From the NCBI GenBank assembly GCA_021107635.1, contig JAIOSL010000007.1, forward strand, positions 36,188 to 100,187: a DNA stretch of 64,000 nt, written 5' to 3'. This document shows, piece by piece, positions 9,243-18,187 of the stretch. The stretch's first letter is position 1. Every line of letters starts with the position of its first letter. A model generated the notes under the pieces. That model was not told where the DNA came from. It made no database searches and was given only the letters and a program-made list of their open reading frames with translations. Source of the stretch: an archaeon. Its GTDB lineage: Archaea > B1Sed10-29 > WALL01 > JAGHAM01. The position numbers and the translations under genes were made by a program.

Positions 9243-10556
9243 ATGAAAGTTCTTCTAATTGGAAATGGAGCAAGAGAACATTGCATGGCAGAAGCACTAG
9301 CAAAAGATAGTACTGTTTTTGCTTTCATGAAAGCTAAGAACCCTGGCATAGCAAAAATTTCAGAGAAAGTTCAATTAGGTTCACTAATTGATTTTGAATT
9401 AATCAAAGAATTCGCAGAACAAGTAACTCCTGACTTCATACTTGTAGGTCCTGAAAATCCATTAGCAGAAGGATTCGTTGATGTAATAACTGAGTTTCCT
9501 GTAGTTGGACCAGATAAGACGCTGGCTAACCTAGAATCAGACAAAGGATTCTGCAGAGAACTTTTGAAAAGACACAATGTTCCAGGGAACATTGAATTTC
9601 AATCTTGTACTTCTTTTGAAGAAGTAGAAGAAGCCTTGGATTGCATCCAAAATCCTGTAGTCAAAGCAGCAGGTTTGGCTGGCGGAAAAGGAGTTAAAGT
9701 AATGGGAGAACACTTGCATAGCATAAGTGAAGCTAAAGCTTATGCAAAACAAATTTTAGATTGTGAAGTAGGACTCACTCCAAGAGTAATAATTGAAGAA
9801 AAACTTGAAGGAGAGGAATTTTCACTGCAAGCGTTTGTTGATGGTAACAAAGTTGTGGCTATGCCTTTAGTTCAAGACCACAAATATGCTTACGATGGAG
9901 ACAAAGGCCCGTTGACTGGTGGTATGGGATCATATTCAGCAGCAAATCATTTGCTTCCATTTTTATCAGAACATGACAAAAGACAAGCTCTTGGAATCAT
10001 GCAAGCTACTGTCGACGCACTGAAAAAAGACACTTGGAAAGGATACAAAGGAGTGTTGTATGGGGGCTTCATGCTAACTACAGACGGCGTGAAACTCTTA
10101 GAATACAATGTGCGTTTCGGAGACCCAGAAGCAATGAACGTCTTGCCAATAATGGAAAACTCTTTTTCTGAAGTATGTATGGATATCATCGAAGGCGATC
10201 TAGAGAGCATTGACTTCCAGCATAAAGCCACGGTCTGCAAGTATGTTGTTCCAGAAGGATATCCAGATAATCCCGTGAACAACCAGAAAATAGAAGTAAA
10301 CTCAGAATGCGCAAACACCTACTATGCTTCAGTGGATCAGCGCGATGATGGCTTGTACATGTCTTCTTCTAGGGCAGTAGCGTTCGTAGGAATCGCAGAC
10401 ACAATCGGAGAAGCAGAGCAAGTTGCAGGCAGCGCGCTTAATGGAGTTAGTGGTCCTGTGTTTTATCGTAAGGATATTGGCACTAAACTTCTTGTAACCA
10501 AAAGAATAGAGCATATGCGATCTTTAGGCAAAGAATTGCCTGATGTAGAATTTTAG
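9243..10556 (+). CDS. purD: Phosphoribosylamine-glycine ligase (PurD, ATP-grasp).
   Basis: 437 aa. MKVLLIGNGAREHCMAEALAK...ATP-grasp core...GDPEAMNVLP. It follows purF after a 3-nt gap. Confidence 0.88.
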   Translation: MKVLLIGNGAREHCMAEALAKDSTVFAFMKAKNPGIAKISEKVQLGSLIDFELIKEFAEQVTPDFILVGPENPLAEGFVDVITEFPVVGPDKTLANLESDKGFCRELLKRHNVPGNIEFQSCTSFEEVEEALDCIQNPVVKAAGLAGGKGVKVMGEHLHSISEAKAYAKQILDCEVGLTPRVIIEEKLEGEEFSLQAFVDGNKVVAMPLVQDHKYAYDGDKGPLTGGMGSYSAANHLLPFLSEHDKRQALGIMQATVDALKKDTWKGYKGVLYGGFMLTTDGVKLLEYNVRFGDPEAMNVLPIMENSFSEVCMDIIEGDLESIDFQHKATVCKYVVPEGYPDNPVNNQKIEVNSECANTYYASVDQRDDGLYMSSSRAVAFVGIADTIGEAEQVAGSALNGVSGPVFYRKDIGTKLLVTKRIEHMRSLGKELPDVEF

Positions 10557-11647
10557 TATTTTATTTCAAATTCTTTTGATTCGATTTCGTACCAGTCTTC
10601 TTGTTCAAGGTCTCTTTTATATTTCATTACCATTTTGTATGTTCCTTCTGGTACCGGTTTGAATGGTTCTTCTTCTACATGATGATAAAATGTTTGCCCC
10701 CAAGACAGTTCAATGCTATCTTTTGCTGGAACTTCATAGCAATGGTATGGTTCATTATCCATTGAGCAGAGTTTGCCGGGTTCAAACGTGGTGAATTCCT
10801 GCCAATTGCCTTGGAACAACCAGTTAACCGTGAACGGATGTTTGTTACAGTTGGTCAAGCCATACGCAAAATAGCAGATTTGCTGGTCAAGGTTGTTGGT
10901 TAGTTTTATTGTAACAGTTTCGCCCATTCCGTAAACGTCTTTATTAGTGCTCAAGCCTACTGCAGGACCTGGAACTTCTTTTTCAATGCACGTACATGTG
11001 CCAAGTGGTAGTTCATTGTCACATTCCTGGCCTGCTAAACAATCTTCATCTGTTTTACATTCATCACTAGCAGTACATCCTGCTGGTTCTTCTTCAATGC
11101 ACTTGCAGGTTCCTTGTTCCACGTCATTATCACAATAGCCGGTTTCACAATCTGAATTACTTTCACATTCTGCTCCACATTCTTTAGAGCAATAAGCAGG
11201 TTCTAAAGTTCCAGTACAAGTGTTATCTTTGCATTCTATTCCTGCTTTGAATGGAGTCTCCGCTGATTCGCCTCCAATTTCGCTGGGTTGACAGAACTCA
11301 CAATCTTCAACAGTTTCACAATAATTAGAAAGTTCTGTTTTTTCTTTACAAAAACAAGCGTTGCAGTCCTTTCCTTCTGAGCATTCTGGCATACCATTAC
11401 CACATTCTGCTCCACAGGCTTCCACACAAGTTTGAATAAGACTTGTTTGACACTGGCCGTTTTTACATTCTCCTGGCTGGCCAAAACCAGAGCCAGGTGC
11501 AGTACATAAAGCATATGAGGTGCACTCAGAATCAGATGAACAGGAGTTACTTTTTTGTAATCCTGGTAAACTCACTGCTATTAAAATAATTATTATTGCT
11601 ATGAATGCTAGAACAGCTATTCCTGCGTACAATTTTTTTTCTTTCAT
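10553..11647 (-). CDS. Cysteine-rich secreted protein with repeated EGF-like Cys spacing. Hypothetical.
   Basis: 364 aa. N-terminal TM/signal MKEKKLYAGIAVLAFIAIIIILIAV, then about 40 Cys in repeated CxxxC / CxC modules (CKCIEEEPAGCTASDECKTDEDCLAGQEC...), then a Cys-free C-terminal beta-rich domain. Confidence 0.6.
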   Translation of the reverse strand: MKEKKLYAGIAVLAFIAIIIILIAVSLPGLQKSNSCSSDSECTSYALCTAPGSGFGQPGECKNGQCQTSLIQTCVEACGAECGNGMPECSEGKDCNACFCKEKTELSNYCETVEDCEFCQPSEIGGESAETPFKAGIECKDNTCTGTLEPAYCSKECGAECESNSDCETGYCDNDVEQGTCKCIEEEPAGCTASDECKTDEDCLAGQECDNELPLGTCTCIEKEVPGPAVGLSTNKDVYGMGETVTIKLTNNLDQQICYFAYGLTNCNKHPFTVNWLFQGNWQEFTTFEPGKLCSMDNEPYHCYEVPAKDSIELSWGQTFYHHVEEEPFKPVPEGTYKMVMKYKRDLEQEDWYEIESKEFEIKY

Positions 11648-11679
11648 TTGTTTTCACCCAGCACGTAGACATGCACGGA

Positions 11680-12228
11680 CTATTTATTTAAAACTTTCTT
11701 GATGTCTTCTAAAAGTAATGGAAATGTTTCATATCCTGCGTCTCTGTTAAAGTGGCCTGCATTTTCAACTATTGTAGGCTCTATGCCCAGATTTTTTGCC
11801 AGTTCCTTCCCTGTTTTTAGATTTATGTATGGGTCAGTAGTAGAAGAATATGATTTTATGTGTTTACAGTTTTGTTTTATGTTTTCCCAGTTTACTGGAC
11901 CATAAAAACTGCTATTAAGAAAGTCTAGTGCTAGGTCTCCTATTTTATCGTGGAATCCGGCTACCAGAAAAGCTGCTTTCGCAGGATTTTTTCCCAAATA
12001 TCTTAGTATGAAAGCTGCTCCAAGACTGTGTCCTACTAAAATGCTTTCTTTATCAACTGCATATTCACTGAATTTTTTGTTCCAGTTGTTAAGGGTTTGT
12101 CTTGCTGGAGTAGGAAAAGAGGGTACAAACACTTCACAGCCTACTTTTTCTAACTGCATTTTTAGCCAGGGAAGCCAATTTTCTTCTGGGAATCCATAAA
12201 CGCCATGTATCATGAATACCTTCGTCAT
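11680..12228 (-). CDS. Alpha/beta-fold serine hydrolase (RBBP9/YdeN-like).
   Basis: 182 aa with the nucleophile elbow GHSLGA. Short esterase-like family. Confidence 0.65.
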   Translation of the reverse strand: MTKVFMIHGVYGFPEENWLPWLKMQLEKVGCEVFVPSFPTPARQTLNNWNKKFSEYAVDKESILVGHSLGAAFILRYLGKNPAKAAFLVAGFHDKIGDLALDFLNSSFYGPVNWENIKQNCKHIKSYSSTTDPYINLKTGKELAKNLGIEPTIVENAGHFNRDAGYETFPLLLEDIKKVLNK

Positions 12229-12246
12229 GTTAGTTCCAACTCTCTT

Positions 12247-13743
12247 CTAGTTTATATCCTCTTCTGATTTAATCACATACTCTACAAGTTTTTCTGGTAT
12301 GCCTACGGTGGAAGCAATGCTGAATGCTTCTATCATTTTGGTTATTCCCTCATATGCTCTAATTTCTTCTGAAAAAGCCGGTTTTCCTTTTCCATCACGT
12401 ACTTTATTTTCTTCTGGAAAAACATGTTCCATTTTATTTAAAACGTTTTCAGCGATTCCCAATGAGATTGAATAAGTGAGAATCTGGTCCCAAAGATGAA
12501 CATGCAGAGGCGGATGATCTTCCATGTTACTGAAGTCTCGAACATACCGTCTGAACGCTTTCCATCTTTTGAAGTGCAAGTTACCCTTACTACTTTTTAA
12601 GAGTAGTTCACCTTTGGCATATCTTCTTAGTCCTATTCCAAAAAGTGTTCCAAAGAAAAAGAATGAGAACGGCGTGACAGGCAAAAGCACTGAGATCAAA
12701 TTTCCAATGTATGCATCCCCTCCAAAAGCAAAAAATATTGCTGTCAGGATGGGTATTAGCACTATGCTTATGAGCAGTTTATCAAAGTTTTTGTAGTCCA
12801 CTTTTCCTTTTCGAATGCTTTTAATGAGTACTTGTAAACCGCTTGTAGCCAATTCAATTATTTTTGCTAGAACATAAGTCCAAATTAGGATTGATGAAAG
12901 TATAATAGCTAAAATTGTCAGTGTGCCTACGATTCCACCACCCATTAAAACATAAAGTGATGCCCTTCCATATTCTTCAGGAACTCTAATTAGTACTCCA
13001 CAACTTACAATAGACAATACGGTTATTGCAGCTATGCCTGCATATATGTTTACTAAAAGTTCAAAACGTGCTAGTCCTTCCCTACTAAAGTTTAACAGGT
13101 CCATTCTGTTAACTTCATCTCTTACTAAGTAAGCCCAATGAGGGAAAAAGCTGTTAAACCAATTATGTTCTTTTATTGTTTCATCTCGAATTTGGGAAAA
13201 TGAAAGCTTGCCTTCTGCTTTAATACTTTCTTTAACGAGAAGATCATAGACTATTCTAACACTCGTTATTTTTGGTCCCGTCTCTTTTTTTATTTTTATG
13301 ATATAATCCTTCCCAGCTTTTTCAAGTTCAATGTAACCCAAATTTTTCAAGTAGAATATAGTAGCAAGAAAATCTCTCGGTAATGGTAATTCATGCATTT
13401 CATTCATTAATGCACCTACATACGCAGGAGGATAATCATAGGGGGGCTGTTGTTCGTATTCATTATGATAGCTTGAGTATTCTTCTCTCCCATATTTTTT
13501 GTGAATGTATGCTAGATATACAAAAATTGATGCTGCTCCTAAGACAGCTGCAAAAAGGTGTGCTATAGCAAGAGAATATGGCAATGCATTCTCAAAATAT
13601 TTTGTTGCAAAAAGTCCCAGCGGGTACATTATTGCTAGGCATGCTAATGGAAGAACTATGCCTATCATTGGAAATAGTACTATCATCAATTGGTTTTTCC
13701 AGTTTCCTTTAGGCATACAGTTATTTTTACAATCAGCGCGCAT
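12247..13743 (-). CDS. Polytopic membrane protein (DUF2207-like architecture). Hypothetical.
   Basis: 498 aa. N-terminal helices, a central soluble region, and C-terminal helices with a Gly-rich FFFFGTLFGIG segment. Confidence 0.55.
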   Translation of the reverse strand: MRADCKNNCMPKGNWKNQLMIVLFPMIGIVLPLACLAIMYPLGLFATKYFENALPYSLAIAHLFAAVLGAASIFVYLAYIHKKYGREEYSSYHNEYEQQPPYDYPPAYVGALMNEMHELPLPRDFLATIFYLKNLGYIELEKAGKDYIIKIKKETGPKITSVRIVYDLLVKESIKAEGKLSFSQIRDETIKEHNWFNSFFPHWAYLVRDEVNRMDLLNFSREGLARFELLVNIYAGIAAITVLSIVSCGVLIRVPEEYGRASLYVLMGGGIVGTLTILAIILSSILIWTYVLAKIIELATSGLQVLIKSIRKGKVDYKNFDKLLISIVLIPILTAIFFAFGGDAYIGNLISVLLPVTPFSFFFFGTLFGIGLRRYAKGELLLKSSKGNLHFKRWKAFRRYVRDFSNMEDHPPLHVHLWDQILTYSISLGIAENVLNKMEHVFPEENKVRDGKGKPAFSEEIRAYEGITKMIEAFSIASTVGIPEKLVEYVIKSEEDIN

Positions 13744-13745
13744 TT

Positions 13746-14312
13746 TTAAGCTTTTTTGAATTCTTTTTCAAATTCTTGAGTGAATCTTTCCCATGATTCA
13801 GCGGTTTTTTCCATTCTTTTGTTTGCTTCTTCTATAATCAAGCGAAAATAGCTTTCATCGATGAGTATTTCCTTCTTTTTCACTGGAAGTCCAAGCTTGT
13901 AAGTACCTTCTAGTTCAATCTGAATTCTCTCTGGAGCAATACTGAATACTCCTCCTCTTTTGAGGCCTGCATTTGCTTTAACTCGTAAGAACTTGGTTGC
14001 CGTTTCTATGTTTTTACATGAGATGTGCAGGATGAGAGAATCATTTTTTAGCCATATGAATTCGCCTTTAGCTTTGTTGAGCTGTTCCCACGCTTCTTCA
14101 AATGTTGTGGTGCGATGAATTTTCCACAAGAAATTAGCATTTTTTTTAGAAAAACCAGGTAAATCAATAAACACTATCCTACCATAACAGGAAGAACTAG
14201 TAATAAGCTCTGGCACCGAATTAATCAGATCAAGATAAGGTTTGACTTCTGGGTCGCATCCTTCCTTTTCAAGCTTTGCGAGTAAGTGTTGTTTGAGTTG
14301 GTTCCATGTCAT
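13746..14312 (-). CDS. Possible Taw3/TYW3-family tRNA wyosine-derivative methyltransferase.
   Basis: 188 aa. The SSSCYGRI motif resembles the conserved Ser-Cys-Ser-Gly-Arg region of TYW3. The size fits. Assignment made by eye only. Confidence 0.4.
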   Translation of the reverse strand: MTWNQLKQHLLAKLEKEGCDPEVKPYLDLINSVPELITSSSCYGRIVFIDLPGFSKKNANFLWKIHRTTTFEEAWEQLNKAKGEFIWLKNDSLILHISCKNIETATKFLRVKANAGLKRGGVFSIAPERIQIELEGTYKLGLPVKKKEILIDESYFRLIIEEANKRMEKTAESWERFTQEFEKEFKKA

Positions 14313-14316
14313 ATGC

Positions 14317-15285
14317 TCACTTTGTTAAAAGTGCTAGCTGAGCAAGAAATGCTTCTAGCTGGATGCGTTCGTTAGCGCCTTCGCTTACTCTAAAATCAGT
14401 TTCTCCGATTTTATCTATTAACTTTAATTTCAGTTCATCTGAAATGCTTTCGTTCCTGATAATCTCAGAATTTAATTGAAAAAGCACATCTTCTCCAGAT
14501 AAAGAATATTCATACATTAATTTGTCAAGCTGATCTCGAGCATTAATGAACTCACCTTTTGTGGCAAGATCAATCATTTTTTTGACTTCTTCGGGTCTAG
14601 CTTTTGAGGTGACTTTGTAAACAGTATCTTCGTCAATATGTTCCGAAGTGGAACTTACTACTTGAAGTACGTTAACAGCTTTTCTCATGTCTCCTTGAGA
14701 AACATAAACAATAGCTTCCAACGCTTTTTTATCTAGAGTCAAGCCCTCTTCTTTAGCAATGTATTCAACTCGCGTTTTCATGTTATCTTCTGATAAAGGA
14801 GTAAACCTAAAAATCGCGCAGCGTGATTGAATTGGAGGTATTAACTTAGATGAATAGTTACAGCTAAGTATGAATCTGCATGTGCGAGAGTAACGTTCCA
14901 TTGTGCGTCTTAAAGCATTCTGTGCGTCTCTGGTGAGGGAATCACTTTCGTCAAGAAAAATGATCTTGAATGGCACATTACCTAAAGATAATGTTGCAGC
15001 AAAATCTTTTACTTTTTCGCGTATTACATTAATTCCACGTTCATCACTTGCATTTAACTCAAGAAAACTTCTGCGCAGTTCTTCTCCGTAAAGTTCATGC
15101 GCTAAAGCGAGGGCAGATGCAGTTTTGCCAATCCCTGCTCTCCCAGTGAAAAGCAGATTAGGCATGTTTTTGCTTTTTGCGTAAGCTTTCAGGCGTTTTA
15201 CTACCTCTTCTTGTCCAACCACTTCGCTTAAAACGTGTGGCCTGTATTTTTCTGTCCATGGTAGTTCTGCTTCCATCTTCCTCAC
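14317..15285 (-). CDS. rfcS: Replication factor C small subunit.
   Basis: 322 aa. PWTEKYRPHVLSEVVGQEEVVKRLKAY...LLFTGRAGIGKTASALALAHEL...IIFLDESDSLTRDAQNALRRTMERYS...SRCAIFRF. Confidence 0.9.
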   Translation of the reverse strand: MRKMEAELPWTEKYRPHVLSEVVGQEEVVKRLKAYAKSKNMPNLLFTGRAGIGKTASALALAHELYGEELRRSFLELNASDERGINVIREKVKDFAATLSLGNVPFKIIFLDESDSLTRDAQNALRRTMERYSRTCRFILSCNYSSKLIPPIQSRCAIFRFTPLSEDNMKTRVEYIAKEEGLTLDKKALEAIVYVSQGDMRKAVNVLQVVSSTSEHIDEDTVYKVTSKARPEEVKKMIDLATKGEFINARDQLDKLMYEYSLSGEDVLFQLNSEIIRNESISDELKLKLIDKIGETDFRVSEGANERIQLEAFLAQLALLTK

Positions 15286-15345
15286 TCGTAAGTTAATAAA
15301 CGAAAAGGTATATAAAAGGTGGGCGGCCTATTAATAGGGATAATC

Positions 15346-15714
15346 ATGGCCAAAAAGAAAAATTGGAAGGAGGCTGAAACTGAATTGGAAGGAATTCCAG
15401 TAGCAACTTCTGAAGCAATTCCAGGATATACAATCAAAGCATACAAAGGTTACGTTTGGGGAACTACAGTTAAGGCCCGATTTATCGGTCATGACATCAT
15501 TGCAGCTGTTAAGATGTTGATTGGGGGAGAAATTGATCAATATACTAACATGATTAACGAGGCAAAACTTGAAGCAGTTCACAAAATGGTCAAAAATGCG
15601 AAAGCATTGGATGCTAATGCTGTGATAAGCGTACGCGCAGGCACTGCACAAGTGTTGCCGGGTACAGTTGAAATATTCTGTTATGGTACTGCAGTAGAAG
15701 TTATTCCAGAATGA
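15346..15714 (+). CDS. YbjQ/UPF0145 family protein (putative heavy-metal-binding domain).
   Basis: The ATG at 15346 gives MAKKKNWKEAETELEGIPVATSEAIPGYTIKAYKGYVWGTTVKARFIGHDIIAAV, the UPF0145 signature. Confidence 0.75.
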   Translation: MAKKKNWKEAETELEGIPVATSEAIPGYTIKAYKGYVWGTTVKARFIGHDIIAAVKMLIGGEIDQYTNMINEAKLEAVHKMVKNAKALDANAVISVRAGTAQVLPGTVEIFCYGTAVEVIPE

Positions 15715-15725
15715 GGTGTTAATTA

Positions 15726-16118
15726 ATGGATAAAAAAGTTTCTCTTATAGCGTCAGGAGCAGTTTTTCTTCTGGTTTTAGTGGTAATACTTTCATACTTA
15801 AACATATTATTTATTTCTCTTGCTTCAATAGCACTTGGATTTTATTTTATCGGATTGGCTTTTCCTGAAATTTTCAAAAAAATAAAATATGCTCATACCA
15901 TTTGGGTTCCTATTGGATTCACACTTGCCGGTTTTATTGGATTTTCATTCCTTTTCGGACAAAACACTTTTCCGATAATATTTTCTTCCAACTGGTGCTC
16001 TAAACTGCCTTGTTTTCCTTTGTATATCTTTTTTGTTGCTTTCGCAATGGGTAACATGGCAAACTGGCTTAGTTACTTTTTGGTAGGCGAAGAACTCAAT
16101 TTGATTGAAGGACAATGA
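15726..16118 (+). CDS. Small membrane protein (four TM helices). Hypothetical.
   Basis: 130 aa, entirely hydrophobic helices. Its stop overlaps the start of the next gene. Confidence 0.5.
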   Translation: MDKKVSLIASGAVFLLVLVVILSYLNILFISLASIALGFYFIGLAFPEIFKKIKYAHTIWVPIGFTLAGFIGFSFLFGQNTFPIIFSSNWCSKLPCFPLYIFFVAFAMGNMANWLSYFLVGEELNLIEGQ

Positions 16119-17356
16119 AAGCATACGTGGAAACTTATGGTTGTACGCTTAATCAAGCTGATTCAAAGATAATCGAAGGCATACTCTTGAAAGAAGGCGT
16201 AGAGCTCGTAGACAATCCAAAAAAAGCAGACATAATTTTTTTGAATACCTGTGCAGTTAAAAACGCTACTGAAAACAGAATGCTCAGCAGGATACGCAAA
16301 CTCGATGCTAACAAGCTAGTGGTATGTGGATGTCTGCCAAAAATTAATGAAAAAGAAATACGAAAAGCAAGCAAATGTGTTTTATTAGACACAAACTCTC
16401 TTGATAAAATTCCTTATCTCTTAAAAGAACGCAGAGATTTTTTCTCGCAAAAACACTTGAACAAACTTGAACTGCCTTTTGCCGCGCAAGGCATAATTGC
16501 AGCAATACCTATAGCAGAAGGATGTTTAGGCAATTGTGCGTTCTGTGCAACCAGAAATGCAAGAGGAATGCTCACCAGTTATCCAATCAAAGACATCAAG
16601 CTTGCTGTTGAGCAGGTTATACAACAAGGAGCAAAAGAAATCCGCTTGACTGCTGAAGACACTGGATTTTATGGTTGGGATAAAGGCACTTCATTGACAG
16701 TTTTAATGGAAAAACTTTGTGAAATTCCCGGAAAGTTTAAGATACGCATAGGAATGATGGATCCTTTCGCAGCATACACGCAATTACCCGATCTACTCAA
16801 GGCATTTGATAATGAAAAAATATACCAATTTGTTCATTTGCCAGTGCAAGCAGGCAGCGATTGCGTGCTGAAAACAATGAACCGTAAATATTCTGCAAGC
16901 GAGTTCATTGAAGTCACTGATGCTTTCCGAGATAAATTTCCAGACATGACATTAGCAACAGATATCATCGTAGGTTTTCCAGAGGAAACAAAAAAAGATT
17001 TTCAGAAGACGCTTGAACTTCTTAAACAAGTTAAACCAGAAGTCATAAACATCTCAATGTTCTATCCAAGACCAAACACTCCTGCTTCAAAAATGAAAAA
17101 ACTGCCGACACAAACTCTTAAAGAAAGAAGTCGGGCTTGTACGCTTCTCCGTGAGAAAATTTCTTTACAAGCAAATGAACGTTTTGTCGACAAGATTTTT
17201 GAAGTAACTGTTCTTGAGAAAGGTAGAAAAGGAGGTTTTATAGCACGACTTCCTAACTACAAACAAGCCCTGTTAGAGCAAGCAGAAATAGGAGAAACAA
17301 CTAAAATCAGAATAATTAAAGCATTTCCAACCTATCTCAAAGCACAAAGATTGTAA
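16115..17356 (+). CDS. Radical-SAM tRNA methylthiotransferase, MiaB/MtaB (CDKAL1-like) family.
   Basis: 413 aa. MTTase N-domain MKAYVETYGCTLNQADS. Radical-SAM CxxxCxxC (EGCLGNCAFCATRNARG). C-terminal TRAM-like domain. Confidence 0.85.
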   Translation: MKAYVETYGCTLNQADSKIIEGILLKEGVELVDNPKKADIIFLNTCAVKNATENRMLSRIRKLDANKLVVCGCLPKINEKEIRKASKCVLLDTNSLDKIPYLLKERRDFFSQKHLNKLELPFAAQGIIAAIPIAEGCLGNCAFCATRNARGMLTSYPIKDIKLAVEQVIQQGAKEIRLTAEDTGFYGWDKGTSLTVLMEKLCEIPGKFKIRIGMMDPFAAYTQLPDLLKAFDNEKIYQFVHLPVQAGSDCVLKTMNRKYSASEFIEVTDAFRDKFPDMTLATDIIVGFPEETKKDFQKTLELLKQVKPEVINISMFYPRPNTPASKMKKLPTQTLKERSRACTLLREKISLQANERFVDKIFEVTVLEKGRKGGFIARLPNYKQALLEQAEIGETTKIRIIKAFPTYLKAQRL

Positions 17357-17410
17357 ATACGTTTTTGCAATAAGTCAATGATTAAATAAAGGGTTGACTA
17401 CAAATATTAC

Positions 17411-18175
17411 ATGCTCAAATTCGTCACGGATTCGATTGAAACATATCTTGAAGCCTGGCGGCTCATTTTAGTCTTAGGTTTCATTGTTTTTGCTATACTC
17501 CTCTTTCTTACAAGCTTCTTCACTTATGTTGTAGCAGGGGCTGGGTTCATACGCTATTCCTCACTTCTTGGAGGAGAATTCGATTATGTGCAACTATTCA
17601 TTCTTGCAGTAATCTCCCTACTAAGCCTTTTCTGCCTAGCGTTTTTATCCGTAGGAGTGACAATGATAGTCAAACTAAAACGCTCTCTTGACGACATAGA
17701 GTTCCTAAAATTCATAATAAGATTTCCTCGATACATCTCCAGATTAATGCTCTGGTGGATAATACTTGGAGCAATCACCTTCATAATCACTATTTCATTC
17801 AACGCAATCGGTGCACCAACATGGATATCAGCTCTAGCAATGCTATTACTCTGGGCATTTTTTATCTTCCTCCCTCAATCCCTGGTTCTTCATGACACTG
17901 GCTTCTGGGATGCACTTAAAGAAAGCTCTCAATATTGCATGAAAAGACCTGGAGCAGTCATATTGTATTATTTAATCAGCAGTTTCTTGTTGTTTGTTCT
18001 AGTATGCCTAGAAGTAATATTTGGACAGTTTTTTCTGGGAGACATGTCTCTTACATGGATAGCCGTAATAACAAATTCTCTGCTATTATTCATAGTTTTC
18101 ATCCCGTTCCTTGAGATCATCAAAGCAAACGTTTTCGTAGCAAGGTACAGGCTCCTAACACTCGGACTTAAATAA
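17411..18175 (+). CDS. Polytopic membrane protein. Hypothetical.
   Basis: 254 aa with six or more predicted TM helices. Confidence 0.5.
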   Translation: MLKFVTDSIETYLEAWRLILVLGFIVFAILLFLTSFFTYVVAGAGFIRYSSLLGGEFDYVQLFILAVISLLSLFCLAFLSVGVTMIVKLKRSLDDIEFLKFIIRFPRYISRLMLWWIILGAITFIITISFNAIGAPTWISALAMLLLWAFFIFLPQSLVLHDTGFWDALKESSQYCMKRPGAVILYYLISSFLLFVLVCLEVIFGQFFLGDMSLTWIAVITNSLLLFIVFIPFLEIIKANVFVARYRLLTLGLK

Positions 18176-18187
18176 GGTGATCAAAAA

